Assembly (NCBI GenBank): GCA_910592345.1
Contig: CAJVPI010000017.1
Coordinates: 1 to 64,000 of the forward strand
DNA: 64,000 nt
Source of the DNA: Paraglomus brasilianum
Lineage: Eukaryota
Reading direction: 5' to 3'
Part shown: positions 11,701-24,750 of the stretch, in pieces
Layout of the letters: each line of letters begins with the position of its first letter
Numbering within the stretch: position 1 is the stretch's first letter
The notes under the pieces: generated by a model
Told to the model about the DNA's origin: nothing
What the model saw: the letters and a program-made list of their open reading frames with translations, nothing else
Databases searched by the model: none
Translations under genes and position numbers: made by a program

Positions 11701-14700
11701 GCCTGAATCTAACTACGTCTTCATCAGGTAACATTGCAATTTTGAGGCTGTTCTTCTTGATCAACTCTGCCACTCTCTTGAGTTCATTGTTAAGATGTAA
11801 AATCTGCTCCCAGAACTCGCGAACTGCTATATCCCGCGGAGGACGACCTCTGGGATGTTGGGTTCGCACTTCTTGCTGTGATGGTTGAGCGTTTGATTGA
11901 GTGTTCACTTGCTGAAATGTCGGTGTTATTGGTGATTCCACCAAGTCTTCATCCTGTTTAGTATACATTCTGAATACGAGGTCATGGAGTGTTTTGACTG
12001 CGCATATCCATTCTGCTTCTATTGGAGATTTCTCTTCTGCAAGGAGACATTGTTCCAGTTCATGGATTTTTGATAGATCAAGTAATGGATTCCATGTACT
12101 GCAAACCGTGATTGATAATTGTAATGCATGTATGGAAGGTTATATTAAAATATGAAGAGATGTATTTGTTGAATACATGAAAAGTTGCAATATTACCGGT
12201 TGGGTATATATATACTGTCCTGTGTAGTTACTATTGATTTACATGCAGACAGTAGTAATGTTGCTGATTTGGTGTTGTTATATGAGAGAGCAACGTAAAC
12301 ATTACTCCAAGTCGTTCTGTGGTTGTAACAGAAGGATGATAAACAATGTAAGTGGTGTAATTAGTATTACAAACGAACAAAAAATTATCATTGATTCAGC
12401 ATATGTACCTCAATTGCGTTATTCTGCTCCATTCACTATAATAATAATATAGCTGCTTTACCATAGTGTTGCGTTGATCGTCAAGTGTTGTCGGATCATG
12501 AAGTGCCACGATTTGCTCTACAACGGCCTGAATGTCGCACAGTTTGTCGTCCGCATACTTGAAGAGTTCTTCGTATAAACAGTATTCTTCCTGTAGTAAA
12601 AAAAATTGATAACTATTTTGAGGGAAAAACTCTTTGTGAGAGAGAGCACTTACGTGTATTGGCTGACGTTCTAACTCATCTACACACGGTGATTGCTCGC
12701 ATCTGTCTTCTTGTAGTAGGGATGTTCTCTGGTCAACCAGAAATTCACACAAACCAACGGCTATCTATTAAGATATCGTAGCAGTATGTCATAATAATAA
12801 TAAGAATTAGAATCAACTCAGGAGCGTATCTGAACATATTCGTTTATTCAATTACTTACTTCAGCTAATTCTCTCATCCTTCTAAACTCGCTATTATCAA
12901 TTTCACATTTCTCACTTCTTCTTAATAAACCCTCTCTGATCCACTTATATGCGCTATCTTTATTTATTCTCTTCTGCTCATCACACAATATTTGTAAAAG
13001 TGTTCGATGACAACTGTTCAAAACACGCAATACTATTTCAGCCATCCCATCTGGCCATCCAGAAAACCATAGTGACCTGCAGTCAGAGGACTCAGCGCCA
13101 GGATGATACGCGAATAGATTAAGGAGATAAACAGCCATCCAGACATTTATCGTGGTTTTACGTTCATTGAGACTTATAACAAGCTGTTGTACTGAGTTAG
13201 TTGAGAGAATGACTGGTTCAGGTGATGGACTTGTTTTCGTATAGTAGATAAAGCGACGTCTAGTGTTGGAACTATCAGTAAATTATATGTATGATTAATG
13301 TGTCTCGTATGCGCCACTATCAACTCATATCACCTACTCACCTCTGTCTACATTCATTTTCTTCCAACAATCCAGATATGTTTATAAACTCGTCCGCTGC
13401 TGCTGATACCCACATATTTTCCAGTCTATCCATGAACAGCTCTATCTTCATTATTTCATCTTGCTCTTTAACTGACATGAGCAGTCCCTCATCAATTGGA
13501 GCTACAATTTTCTCCAGCTCGTTTATGAAATTGGCTTTTGACTCATCTTCTGTTTTGTCTCCTGACGCTTTGGGGCCACTAGAGATCCCACTGTTACGAC
13601 GAGCACGTTTGGACGTTGTTCTAAATAATGAATGAATAAATGTAAGTGAGTGTACAGAATAAGATTATACACAGATACAATACACTTACCTTGTGTTTAC
13701 ATTACTCTTTCTCTTTTTCAAATTGGGTGGCCAGAATTCCATTGAATCGTATGTATGCGGTTTGATATTGATTAATACAACATGGTCATCTGACCTTTTC
13801 TCTTCCTTGCTTAATCTATGGGAATATAAACAAATTGTATGTTGAAAGCACGTGGTAAACACAGCGCGCAATTCCAAAAACTTAGACTAACGTTGTCTGT
13901 GTGCAGGTATCATATACTTTTAACAGTAGTTCTCCTAGCCCCTTCCACGTGCATAAATCGAGCTCATAGGAATGTTCGGCGAAAGAGACTTCATCAGCGC
14001 GTACTAAAAAAATGACCAATTGATGGTTAATGATGTATTCCGTGTTCATACGTTGCTTTTGAGTCCTAATACGAAAAGTCTCCAGTTATTACCAGTGGGC
14101 CAAGCTCGTCGAGTAATGTGATTATGAGATTGGTGGGATAGGTGAGGACGATGAACAAATGTCTCACTACAAGTGACAACATCCAGATCAGAACATTAGA
14201 CATAAACCAACTGTAGATTAATCTTCATAACAGCAAAAGGAGGTAAATGAACAAATTAATTGCAAGATTAATGATATTAAGCCTAATATTACATGCTATG
14301 CCCATTATTACCATCAGTGTTATTACCACTACGTCTCTTGTATCGCACCATCTTACTGCCAGTTTCTCATACCAACCAAGCAATGATGACACTTACGGGT
14401 CTTCTGGTGACCATGCCCAAGTCTTCTCCAGCTGTTCTTTGAGTATGTTCAGCTCCTTGAAATTAGGCTCCGTCTGCAAACCTTTTTCGGCTAATTTCAG
14501 CCCAGCTTCGAAGCGTCCCAAATCCCAACAGAGCTAAGACACTTTGATAAATAGGTTGTATAATGACAGTTTATTCGGTTTATATTAGATTGATAAATAC
14601 CCGCACAGTCTCGCATAGACTAAGAATGTACACAGGAGATGTCGTTGGTTCAGATAATTCCATTGCCTGTCTGAAAAACATCTCGATAACGGCCGGAGAC

Positions 14701-15415
14701 GGATATCTTAGTTTTAGACCAAGCACACCTAGTCTGTACCAGGTGACATAGTCACTCGGGTCAACGTTAAGACTCTATTTTAGCGCAAAAATAATGTAAT
14801 TAAGCACGACGATAATACCATGACTTAAACCATCGGAGGAAATATTTACCCGCTCGTACAGCCCCATTGCTTTACGAGCAACAGATGCCTCATTGTCCTT
14901 CTCCCATATCATCTCTAATACTCGTGCATAATTCTTACAGACCGCGACGTACAAGCGAGCAGAGACATCAGCTTGAGACCAATTCATGCCATCAAACTAC
15001 GAATAATGTGTTCATCAATATAGGCGAGTAATTATGCAAGCAACGATAACGTATTAATCACGAGGTGGATAGGATAATATAAAAATAAGCATCGTTTGCT
15101 AATCGAAATGCGTTAATAAATATCACGATTACCTTTTCTACAGACATATTGGCAAATCCCTCCTTGCGAAGCAAGCCCTCAAATACTTCTTACGCTTTTT
15201 TCCAGTGCTCATTAGACATAAGCCCAAGCGCGTAATTATAGGTCTCCATGATTTCGGTATGCTTTGGACAAGTAGACATGATCAGTTCATTTTAATCATT
15301 CATATCTATTGATCGTTTAGAATACCATAACACCGACTTTTTGATTTGGGACTATTATAGGTTCCGGAGTTTCGTCTATCGCCTGGTTTATTGCAGTCCA
15401 ACGTGCCTGAAACAT
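8766..15415 (-). CDS. HIR3: HIR complex subunit Hir3/CABIN1-like TPR protein, many exons
   Basis: N-terminus MFQARWTAIN, TPR-like DPSDYVTWYRLG, signature EDIAYNPERFASWYALA, EPQYKLLSVLTKY, WYHRPIY, RPGRHFVYVQQYI. The ~6.6-kb span fits a very long protein. Confidence 0.85.
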
Positions 15416-15692
15416 GTGTAAATCCAGATTCGCAGAGAGTTATGAAGCGATGTATAACTCTTTGCAAAGTAACATTCTTTGACAGTCTACAGCATACCAT
15501 ATCGACGGAATTCGAGTACAAAGCGGTCAGGAATTTATTCTAGACGTGTTCTATATATTAATAACTCGTTGTGAATAAAAGTTCCTCGCGATATCTATTA
15601 CTATATATTAATAACACGTTAAGAATTTGGTAGCACGTGTGAATAAATCTTGCTGATCACTGGAATAGTTTTATTTTGTCCTTTGATCCACC

Positions 15693-17068
15693 ATGTCTCG
15701 CCTATTGCTACACCCGTTGTTACATATTCCGACATCTCGATCCACTTTGCTCTTGTTCTCATCACCAAACTTCCAATTACCACCGGCATTTTATTTAATT
15801 AGAAATCAAGTTCGTTTTTCTGGTCATAATAAATGGAGTAAGATAAGACATGGGAAGGGGATGAAGGATTCAGCAAGGAGCACGAATTTCCATCGATTGG
15901 CAAAGGATATATCTTTAGCAGTGAAAGGTATGGTCAAGAAGCATAATTTATTATAAGTGAAATGTACGTACGGATTCGATTGAATAGCCACATTGAATAT
16001 CATCAATCTTAGAGGGCGGATCAACAGACCCTACGCTGAACGTTCGACTAGCAACTGCAATAGCAACCGCTAAGAAATCTCAAATGTCAAAAGAGACTAT
16101 AGATAATGCTATAAAACGTGTATGTTTGCATTGCCATCATATGTTTCTCTGCTAGACATCGCATATTTGACATTGAATTCGCACTATTACAAGGGCGCAG
16201 GGCAATCAAAGGATGGAACCTCGATTGAAAGGGTCACTTACGAAGCGTACGGTCCCAATGGCACTGCGTTTATAATGTAATACTGGCGTTTCTGTATATC
16301 ATATGATTACCATATAGTTGTTCACGTATTGGCCATCGTAATTACGATCTGCTGACATGTTAACGTTTTACGGAAGAGAAACAGCGACGGACAACAGAAA
16401 TAGAACTGTTAAAGAAATCAAAGCATTACTGGCCAAATTCGGGTAGGAGGTGAATTTAAAAAATCATGTATTAACTGTATTAGAATGTGAGTACTGGTAA
16501 TTTTGTGGCACAGCTGAGATTTGGTATTCGCGTTGGATCAAATATAGTGGGTCTATCTCAGAAGTGTCTTGGATTTTTGACAGAAAAGGTGAATGGCAAT
16601 TTGTCTGACAATATAGTTCTGCCAGAAACACTCACACAGCCTTTTCACTTTCTTATTAAGGCATAGTCCGATTTACCAAGGGTACTACCGAAGACACAAT
16701 AGACGTCATGATGGAAAAGTCACTTGAAATCGAAGGAGTGGAAGACATACGAGAGTTGGATCAAGACGTGCTAGAGGCATGTCATCTACAATTAACTTGA
16801 ACAGTAATAAATATGCTCATAACACATGGGCATTATCTAATTCTTCGCTTCTACTTCTAACTAGATAATGTGTGCTCCGACGTCAATATCAGCTATCGCG
16901 TCGTCTCTCGCTTCAGGGTACGAAATCACCAAGATGAGGGTAGAGTATATTCCGACGGATACTGTACAAATTAGTGGAGATGAGGAGAAAGTAGGTCAAT
17001 TCGAGAAGTTCCTTGTGTCTCTGAATAACCATGAAGATGTAGTTAGATTCTACACAAACGCCGAATGA
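15693..17068 (+). CDS. TACO1: YebC/TACO1 family mitochondrial translational activator
   Basis: Presequence then SGHNKWSKIRHGKG, GGSTDPTLNVRLATAI, TYEAYGPNGTAFI, TDNRNRTVKEI, WIFDRKG, EDVVRFYTNAE*. One GC-AG intron (16777-16864). Confidence 0.95.
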
Positions 17069-17633
17069 ACTATTAAACATGCAGAGCAGATGCTGAATCA
17101 GTGAAATTATTTCAGTGGAACCTTTGACTTATATATTTCTTGTCAAAGTAAAAACATGAAGAATATAGTGATTAGAAAAACTATTGTCCAAATTGCGCCC
17201 GGATTTTAAATTCTACTTTGCTAAAATGACTGTTTCAATATGGCTGCTTGCCATGATTTTCATTTTTAAGAATTATTATAGCCAAATAACAATGCAAAAA
17301 GGCGCGAGTCAGCAAAAGTTTCGCTCGTGTTAATGTCTTGATTTTACCATTTGCTTTAGAATCTGTATCTATAAAACCACACAAGCGAATGTGTATCACA
17401 TCGACGAGAGTGATGGAGAAAAGATTGTTACCGCATTCTGACGTCCGAATTAGAATGACTACAACAAATTTGTAATACTAGCTTATCCCGTTTTGCACTT
17501 GTCCTCCCTCATGAGCTCACGTGTGTGTTAATTGATCGTCGATCGTCGCTCAGAGATTGCGAGAAATCTTTCGAATGGAAAAAAAAACGAAATAAAGACA
17601 GATTAGACACAGGAAGAAGCTTATTGGAATATT

Positions 17634-20228
17634 ATGGGCTTGCTGACACAGTTGATGAGTCCAGGAAGATTCTGGCTAAGAGGCATAAATATATTACTAG
17701 AAAGAAATGTGATGCGTTGTACCAAAACTAGCGGATTATATACTTTGGATAAATTTGAGAATACATCACAGAATATTTCAAGACAGTTCTTTAGAAACAT
17801 TACGAATAATGTATATTCCACAAAAGCTGTAAGAAATAGTCGCACTTTTTTTTTCTTGAATGAAGGACAATCGCTAGCAAAATTATGGTCTCGCTGTCCA
17901 GCAGCCATCAACATTCACTCTCGTTCTATATCTAGAAGATCTGTCACTATTAACGCTAGAACCAAACATTCCCCACTTCATACTACGCCGTCATATAGTC
18001 ATAAACCTACGGTTCAAACGTCACATGCTTATGTTCCAAAAGCTTATTTTGTAAAATTGAAGCCTGAAAAAACGCTTCAAAGATATCCATGGTTTACCCT
18101 AACAAGACCTTCCCCCTTTTCACGCTCTTTACGCTGTTCGCGACATTACTCTAATATAAGCACTACCCATAACCCTCTACAACAAATCCCTAATCGTCCA
18201 CACCGTCCGACAAAGGCTGAACTTTTAGCAAACGCAACGGGTTTCTTTAACCGGATGATGATCAGAATTAAATACATGCTAATGAGACAAGTGAGGCCGT
18301 TTACAATGGACGATATCATGGCAATGTTCTCGTGGGTTTTTGTTGGAAATACTCTGTTTATTATTGTTGGGACCACATCGTTTTTCAGTCTCTTATTGGC
18401 TACGGCAAACAGTTTACAATTTCAAGGTATGTTAATTGTATGAACTTAAACGCGATGAATTGAAACACATGGATTTTCCTAGTGGATATTATCACAAGAC
18501 CGTTATCTACACCATCTAATTCTCTTTTTCTAATCCTTCCAATCGCTAGAATTCATTGCCCGTCAAATTGGAAGTTATCTCACACGCGAAACAGGCATAA
18601 CAATTGTGTTCGAATCGGCAATAGTACCAAACTGGAAGGAAGGAAAGATCAGTTTGAAGAACGTATCTGTTAAAAGATCTCATTCGAGTGACGACTATCA
18701 AACTCCACGATTCGTTGTGTTTGCTGAGGGCGAAATAGAGGAAGAGCAATGTGACAACAATTTTACAATGTTCGATTTGACTATCGAAAAGATTGACGTT
18801 GAATTGTCTTTTGTGAGATGGCTTGACAGGAAAGGGCTTATTAAAAGTGCTGTTGTAAAGGGAGTTCGTGGAGTAGTTGGTAAAGCATGATAAAGAGAAT
18901 TGTTATTATCTTTCACTAGCAAATCTAGTGGTAACTAACAATTTTGTTTTATACGACAATCTTTCTTAGACCGCCGCTCTGTACATTGGGACTCCTGCGT
19001 CCCCTACGTTGCGCAAGAATGGCGTCGTCTGGCCCAACCAGGTGACTTTGAAATTGATTCCTTCCACGTCGAGGATCTCCTAATCACTATTTACCAGCCT
19101 GGCGACTTTCGCCCTTATAACGTTGCAATATTCCATGCTTACTTGCCAAGGCTGAGACAGCAATGGTTGATGTATGATATGTTATGTGCTAAGAATATTA
19201 CTGGGACCTTTGACAATTGCCTGTTTAGTGTTCATAGTGCTTCTATTCGGGAGAATAGATTGGGCGAAGAGGGACAATGGAAGAAAATGGTAAGAAAGGA
19301 TGAGTGAGGAGTTTACAAAATTATATTGTCAATCTGATATTTATTGTCAGTATTAGCAGCTATTATTATATTGTAGTTGGTTGTTTAATATATTGTTACT
19401 GCCATTATCCTTACTCATACTCAAATTTCCTTGACAGTCACGACTTCGAATCGATGGCTTGAATATCGACCATCTAAATGCCGGAGTTCCAGGACCATTC
19501 GGATGGATATATTCGGGCTCCGTCGACATTCACGCAGACATTATGATTCCTGACGACTCTTATGACGACCTCATTAAAAAATTCGTCAACGATATCGTCG
19601 AGAAGATAGACGATGTTGTTGTTCAACAAAAGCCTGTTGTCATATGGCGTCGTAATGACAATACGGACTGTGACTGGGAACGTATTAGCGGCAATGGTAA
19701 TGATACTGATTACAGCGAAGCACAGAGCCAAGGGGAAGAACAGGCTGACTTGATGTTGCTAGCAGACCTAATCGTGCGATTTCATGATGTTAAAGCATCC
19801 GTTCCTCTCGTGGCAGAGGACTTGTCCTTTATCGACAGTGCATTGATTCGTCCTATCGTTGCCTACATAAACGGAAATAGGACCCTTACATCAATGAAGT
19901 TTGAGATCATAAAGAATCAGGTAAGCGATCAGTTATATTACTGCTGATCTATGGTTTCCTGTACTTATTATGTCATTTTCCTTTTCAGTCTGATTTTGAT
20001 GGTTCATGGACGCTCTATGATTGTGGCTTGGCCGAAGACGTGTCGATTATGATTGGGAAGTGTTTTGCTGAATTGACAATGGATGAGCAGAAACGTCATA
20101 AGCGATTAAAACGTGTCGGAGTATGGGGTTTGCAGACTATGACCAAGAACTTGGTCAATATATGGGACTATGCCACTGGTCAACGTGGCTTCTGGCATTA
20201 TATAGGAACCATTCCTGGATATGCATAA
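17634..20228 (+). CDS. MDM31: Mitochondrial distribution and morphology protein 31/32
   Basis: RPTKAELLANATGFFNR, RQVRPFTMDDIMAMFSW, LGSYLTRETGITIVFESAIVPNWKEGKI, KGVRGVVDRR, GTFDNCLFSVH, RIDGLNIDHLNAGVPGPFGWI, DFDGSWTLYDCGL. Confidence 0.95.
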
Positions 20229-20550
20229 AAAATTTAAAAGTAATAACAACATAACCTAAAGATTTTAATCTTGTAAATAGTACGATTGAAGAAACTTTGA
20301 ATCTATCCTAAAAGGTTAGCAAATGACAATAATTGTGTCGAATTGGGGGGAGGTGGATGGTCGCATTCGCACCTGAACCTATTGTGTTTGATTGATTAAT
20401 TCGCTTTTGGCTTCACTCTTTTCATTCGACTCGTTTGTTTAACCATTAAATAACATGCTCGCTGCATTCTACCATGTATTTATTTCTATAGCAACAAGCA
20501 ATAATTATCCGATTGCCGATAATGCCTCTTGACCCTCTCATTAGTCTATC

Positions 20551-20970
20551 TCACTGCTCACTCTTCTCTTCTCTACTTCTCGTGTTTGTAACGTGTGCGT
20601 CGCTTTCACTTTCGCTCTCCTCCTGACTAATATTATTATTTGCTTCATTTTTCAATGCATATAACTGTCCGATCTGTTCGTGAGAGAACTTATCCAATAA
20701 ATCTTCGCTAATTTGCTTTCCCCAATTATCTTTATTTGCTGTCTGTCTTTCTAATTCTTCCAAATAATTTTGCCACTGTCCAAGAAATCCTACAATATGG
20801 ACAGGGTTGACGATATCTTTGTGGCGACGGAACTCTGATTTGACATAATCGTCACCGAGGGAGCGGTGTAATGGTGGGAGCACGCGGTGAATGCGAAGAA
20901 TACGGCGATAGAGTGGAATAGGGGGAAGAAGAGAGGGTGACGAGTTGAAAAGAGGTCTGGCAGCAGACAT
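20551..20970 (-). CDS. SDH7: Succinate dehydrogenase assembly factor 3 (Acn9/Sdh7, LYR family), intronless
   Basis: LYRRILRIHRVLPPLHRSLGDDYVKSEFRRHK...IVGFLGQWQNY...EQIGQLYAL. Confidence 0.95.
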   Translation of the reverse strand: MSAARPLFNSSPSLLPPIPLYRRILRIHRVLPPLHRSLGDDYVKSEFRRHKDIVNPVHIVGFLGQWQNYLEELERQTANKDNWGKQISEDLLDKFSHEQIGQLYALKNEANNNISQEESESESDAHVTNTRSREEKSEQ

Positions 20971-21064
20971 TATTGCATGTGAGCGAACTTTTGATAGCGC
21001 CTAAAAAAGTTGATAGTCTTGTGTGACAATTAGCCACTCAAGCCTGACTGTTGAAAGTGGACAC

Positions 21065-22214
21065 ATGCCGCTGTGGCTTGAACATGCTAGGTCTCGAGAA
21101 GTAACTCCTTTCTATAATTCTGCTATGACTTGGTCAGTTACTCAAGTAACCCGTGGACTGCAACTCGCCTGGCTAGGCTCTGTCCTTGCCTTTGAAAACC
21201 GCCACTTGTATAGGCACACTTATATGAAAGTATTCCTCTGGCTATGTCTTTTCTCCTTAATACTCTATGTTCTCTCTGTGACAGTCCTATTACTTCCTTT
21301 AAAGATACTTCGTTTTATTCTGAGCATATTCATCCGCATATTTGGTTTCTCAGATACTAGATTAGATGATAACGATTATTCATCATGGGTAACAAACTGG
21401 GTGTTTAATCTGCCCTTGTTTGGTTTATTATTCATGCGATATATATATCCAGAACCGCTTGATTCCCTCTTTCTTGAATCGTTACGACAAGTTGATTACC
21501 AATACCTCAAAAAGCATAATGATGAATCTGAATCTGATCTCCGTCCAGCATATGCACCGTTGTTAGAAAAATATGATAATAGTATAAACTATTGGGACGA
21601 GATGAGACATTATCTTAAGCGTACTCTAATACAAATGCGTAATGTAACTGCATTATATATGCTCTCATTCCTCCCTCTTGTTGGGAGAATGGTGTATCCG
21701 GTGGCGAGTGTTTGGTATTTGGTAAATTCACTTGGGCTCTACGCTGCATGTGCGGTGGGCGTATTAATGTATATCACTCCAGGAACTAAATATTTGGCGA
21801 TTGTGTTTCTGGAGACGTTGAACATAACGCGGACGTTGACTCGAGAAGTATTGGAGCCATATTTTAGTAGGATTAAGTTTGAAAATGAGGGAAAAAGGAA
21901 GTGGTTTAAAGAGAGAGAAGGCATCCTATTCGGATTTTCCATAGCATTTTATCCGTTGATTAGGTTGCCACTGCTTGGAATGTTCTTCTTTGGGATTGCA
22001 CAGGTCTGTATCTGAAATAATTGTTTGAGAGATTAGGAGGAGGATGCGTTAATAATCACGTTTGAAATAGGCGGCAACAGCTCTCTTGTTAGTGAAGGTC
22101 ACTGATCCTCCACCTCCCCCAGAAGATTCGTTAGAGTATAGACAGAACGTCAAATACAAAGATCCAAGAAAGAGTAAAAACAAGGACGCGAAGAATATGC
22201 TCGACGGGACTTAA
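21065..22214 (+). CDS. Multi-pass membrane protein, UsgS/EI24-like
   Basis: RGLQLAWLGSVLAF, LDSLFLESL, RTLTREVLEPYFSR, KWFKEREGILFGF. Intron 22004-22070; last exon AATALLLVKVTDPPPP ends TAA at 22214. Start could be 21065 or 21125. Confidence 0.7.
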
Positions 22215-22565
22215 AACTATCATATTTATTGAACGTCCCTCGAGGCGTGCAATAAATAATTGCATAGATGAGAACGTCTGAACAATTGGTCATAACAAAC
22301 AGTCTTCAAATTTTGTTTTATACTCAATGACGAGTGTGAATTTTCCGTGACATTGGCAAATACCATCGCTATGGTAAAGTTGTTTCTCATTGTTAGGGTC
22401 ACCATTAACATTGTTAAGTAATTGTTCATTAGTACACCAAAAATAATTTAGCCACAAAGAGATATGCGATCACTTTTCATCCATTCACGCAGATGTAGTC
22501 ATCTGCCCATTCTCATCTGTCTCCGCATTGTTCATAACACAATTCCATCCATTTTATACTGCGCC

Positions 22566-24750
22566 TTATCGATCAATCTGTAATGCGAATAAACAAAGGG
22601 GTTATTTATAACAATTCATAAAAGACGATAGACATCGGCACAGACACATACCTCGCCAAACACTATATCCATCGTGCCAATCACTGCAATCAGTATCATA
22701 CAAATAGAAGAGGAGAAATTAATCTAAATAAACACGTGATATAACATATTTATCTATGCGCAACTTTCTGGGATTACCTGTAACAATGTCTGGTATAAAA
22801 TGTCCACGTGCCATAAAGTCGGATCCTGCAAGGTGAGGAAATCCAGGCGCCCGGATTTTACAACGGTACGGTCGATTGGTGCCTGTCAACAATAAAGAGA
22901 ATATGATAATCTGCTATGTAATAATAATACCTCTGCGTTTTCAATTAAATAGTAAAAATGACGCGTAGAACGCATATGCTTACCGTCAGATACCAGGTAA
23001 ACACCAAATTCTCCTTTCGGAGCCTCGATCGCAGTGTAAGTTTCACCAGGTGGCACAGAAAACCCTTCCGAATACAACTTAAAATGGTGTATTAACGCCT
23101 CCATGTTTTCCTTCATGGATGCCCTATTTGGCGGTGTAATCTTCCAATCATCAACCTTTATCGCTCCCGAAGGCATCTTATTCAAGCATTGGTGTACAAT
23201 CCTCAAACTTTGCCGCATCTCCTCCATTCTACACAAATACCTATCATAACAATCACCTTTCGTTCCAATAGGAACGTCAAACTCGACTTGATCATACGCA
23301 TCATACGGTTGCATCTTACGAAGGTCCCATTTAATGCCTGATCCACGAAGCATTACACCCGAAAAGGAATAGTTTAGCGCTTGTTGTGCTGTTACGACAC
23401 CAACATCGATCGTGCGTTCTTTCCAGATGCGATTGGCGGTTAGAAGTTCTTCGACTTCGTCTATGCGTGTGGCGAATTGGGTTGACCATTGATAAATATC
23501 ATCGAGTAAACCTAGTGGAAGATCTTGTGCAACGCCACCAGGGCGTACATATGCTGCATGCATTCTGGCTCCTGAAACGCGTTCATAGTATTCCATTAGC
23601 TTTGTGGATAATAAGAAAGGGGAGAGTGAGTGAGGGGATCGAGATTGGAAAAGACGATGGTTTTGAAGAACGAGTTGAAAGAATTCTTTTAGGATAGAAT
23701 GCGGTAAAGTAACTAAGGTTTAAAATTAGGAGATGCATTTTTGCAAAATAAGTCGAGAGCGGTGATTGGACATCCGTCTTTACTATCTTTCTTCGCAGCC
23801 ACCATCAATCTTTATTATCGATATCCTTTGTTGTCCTCTTAATTCGCCTACAACTTACCTTCTCTCTCTCCTCGAACATCCATAAAAACGGTGTCAGAGC
23901 CCCAATGTCCATCGCATGAGTCATAACCGCCATAATGTGATTCATAATCCTGGTAATTTCTGCAAACATCGTCCTAATAAACTTCGCCCGTTCTGGTATT
24001 TCGACGTTCAACAATTTTTCCACCGCCAATGAATAACACTGTTCATTAGCCATCATCGAGACATAGTCCAACCGATCAAAATACGGAAGAGCTTGGATGT
24101 AAGTTTTGTATTCGATGAGTTTTTCCGTTCCGCGATGAAGAAGTCCAATGTGCGGATCTGCTCGAACTATTTGTTCGCCACGAAGCTCGAGTATCATTCG
24201 CAAAACACCATGCGCTGCCGGATGTTGCGGCCCAAAGTTTACAGTATAGCCGCGGGTTTCTGTTCCTTCGCTTTCCTTTTTCACCTTGTCTTGATGACGA
24301 ATGGAAGATGTAGACAAGCCGCTAACTAATAAAGTCATCAGCTGATTTGTTGGTCAATACATACCCAAAAACTCCCCAACTTCATAATCCATCGCTATAG
24401 AGGCTGTATGGGGTAAAAAATATATATATATATATATCAAAATCCAATCGTGGTCAACTCTCTCGTGCAAACGCTCTCACCCGGGTTACCATGCCAGCTT
24501 CTCCCCTTCCCACTCATATCTTACACGTCATGGCTTCACTCCCACGGAGTGATGTCGGATCTGACGGTGACCCAGGAGTATCCGACTTCGTCCTATGTGT
24601 CGTTACCAATTCTTCTTCAGCCGGCGAACGCTTGAATCTTGACAATGCATTTGCATAATTTGCAGAAAATATCCTTGATCTTGTTGGCTGAGTCAGCGTA
24701 CGGCGAAGGATGGATGTACGGAGAAGGGAATGTATTCGTGGAAGGATCAT
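22566..24750 (-). CDS. NDUFS2: NADH:ubiquinone oxidoreductase 49-kDa subunit (nuclear-encoded)
   Basis: [81 protein letters not shown]. Arg-rich presequence from ATG 24750. Confidence 0.98.

Noticed and set aside
23600..23858. Longer NDUFS2 intron with complementary segments (AAAGACGGATG / CATCGTCTTT)
   Set aside because: Short matches are expected from purine-rich versus pyrimidine-rich halves; no snoRNA boxes.
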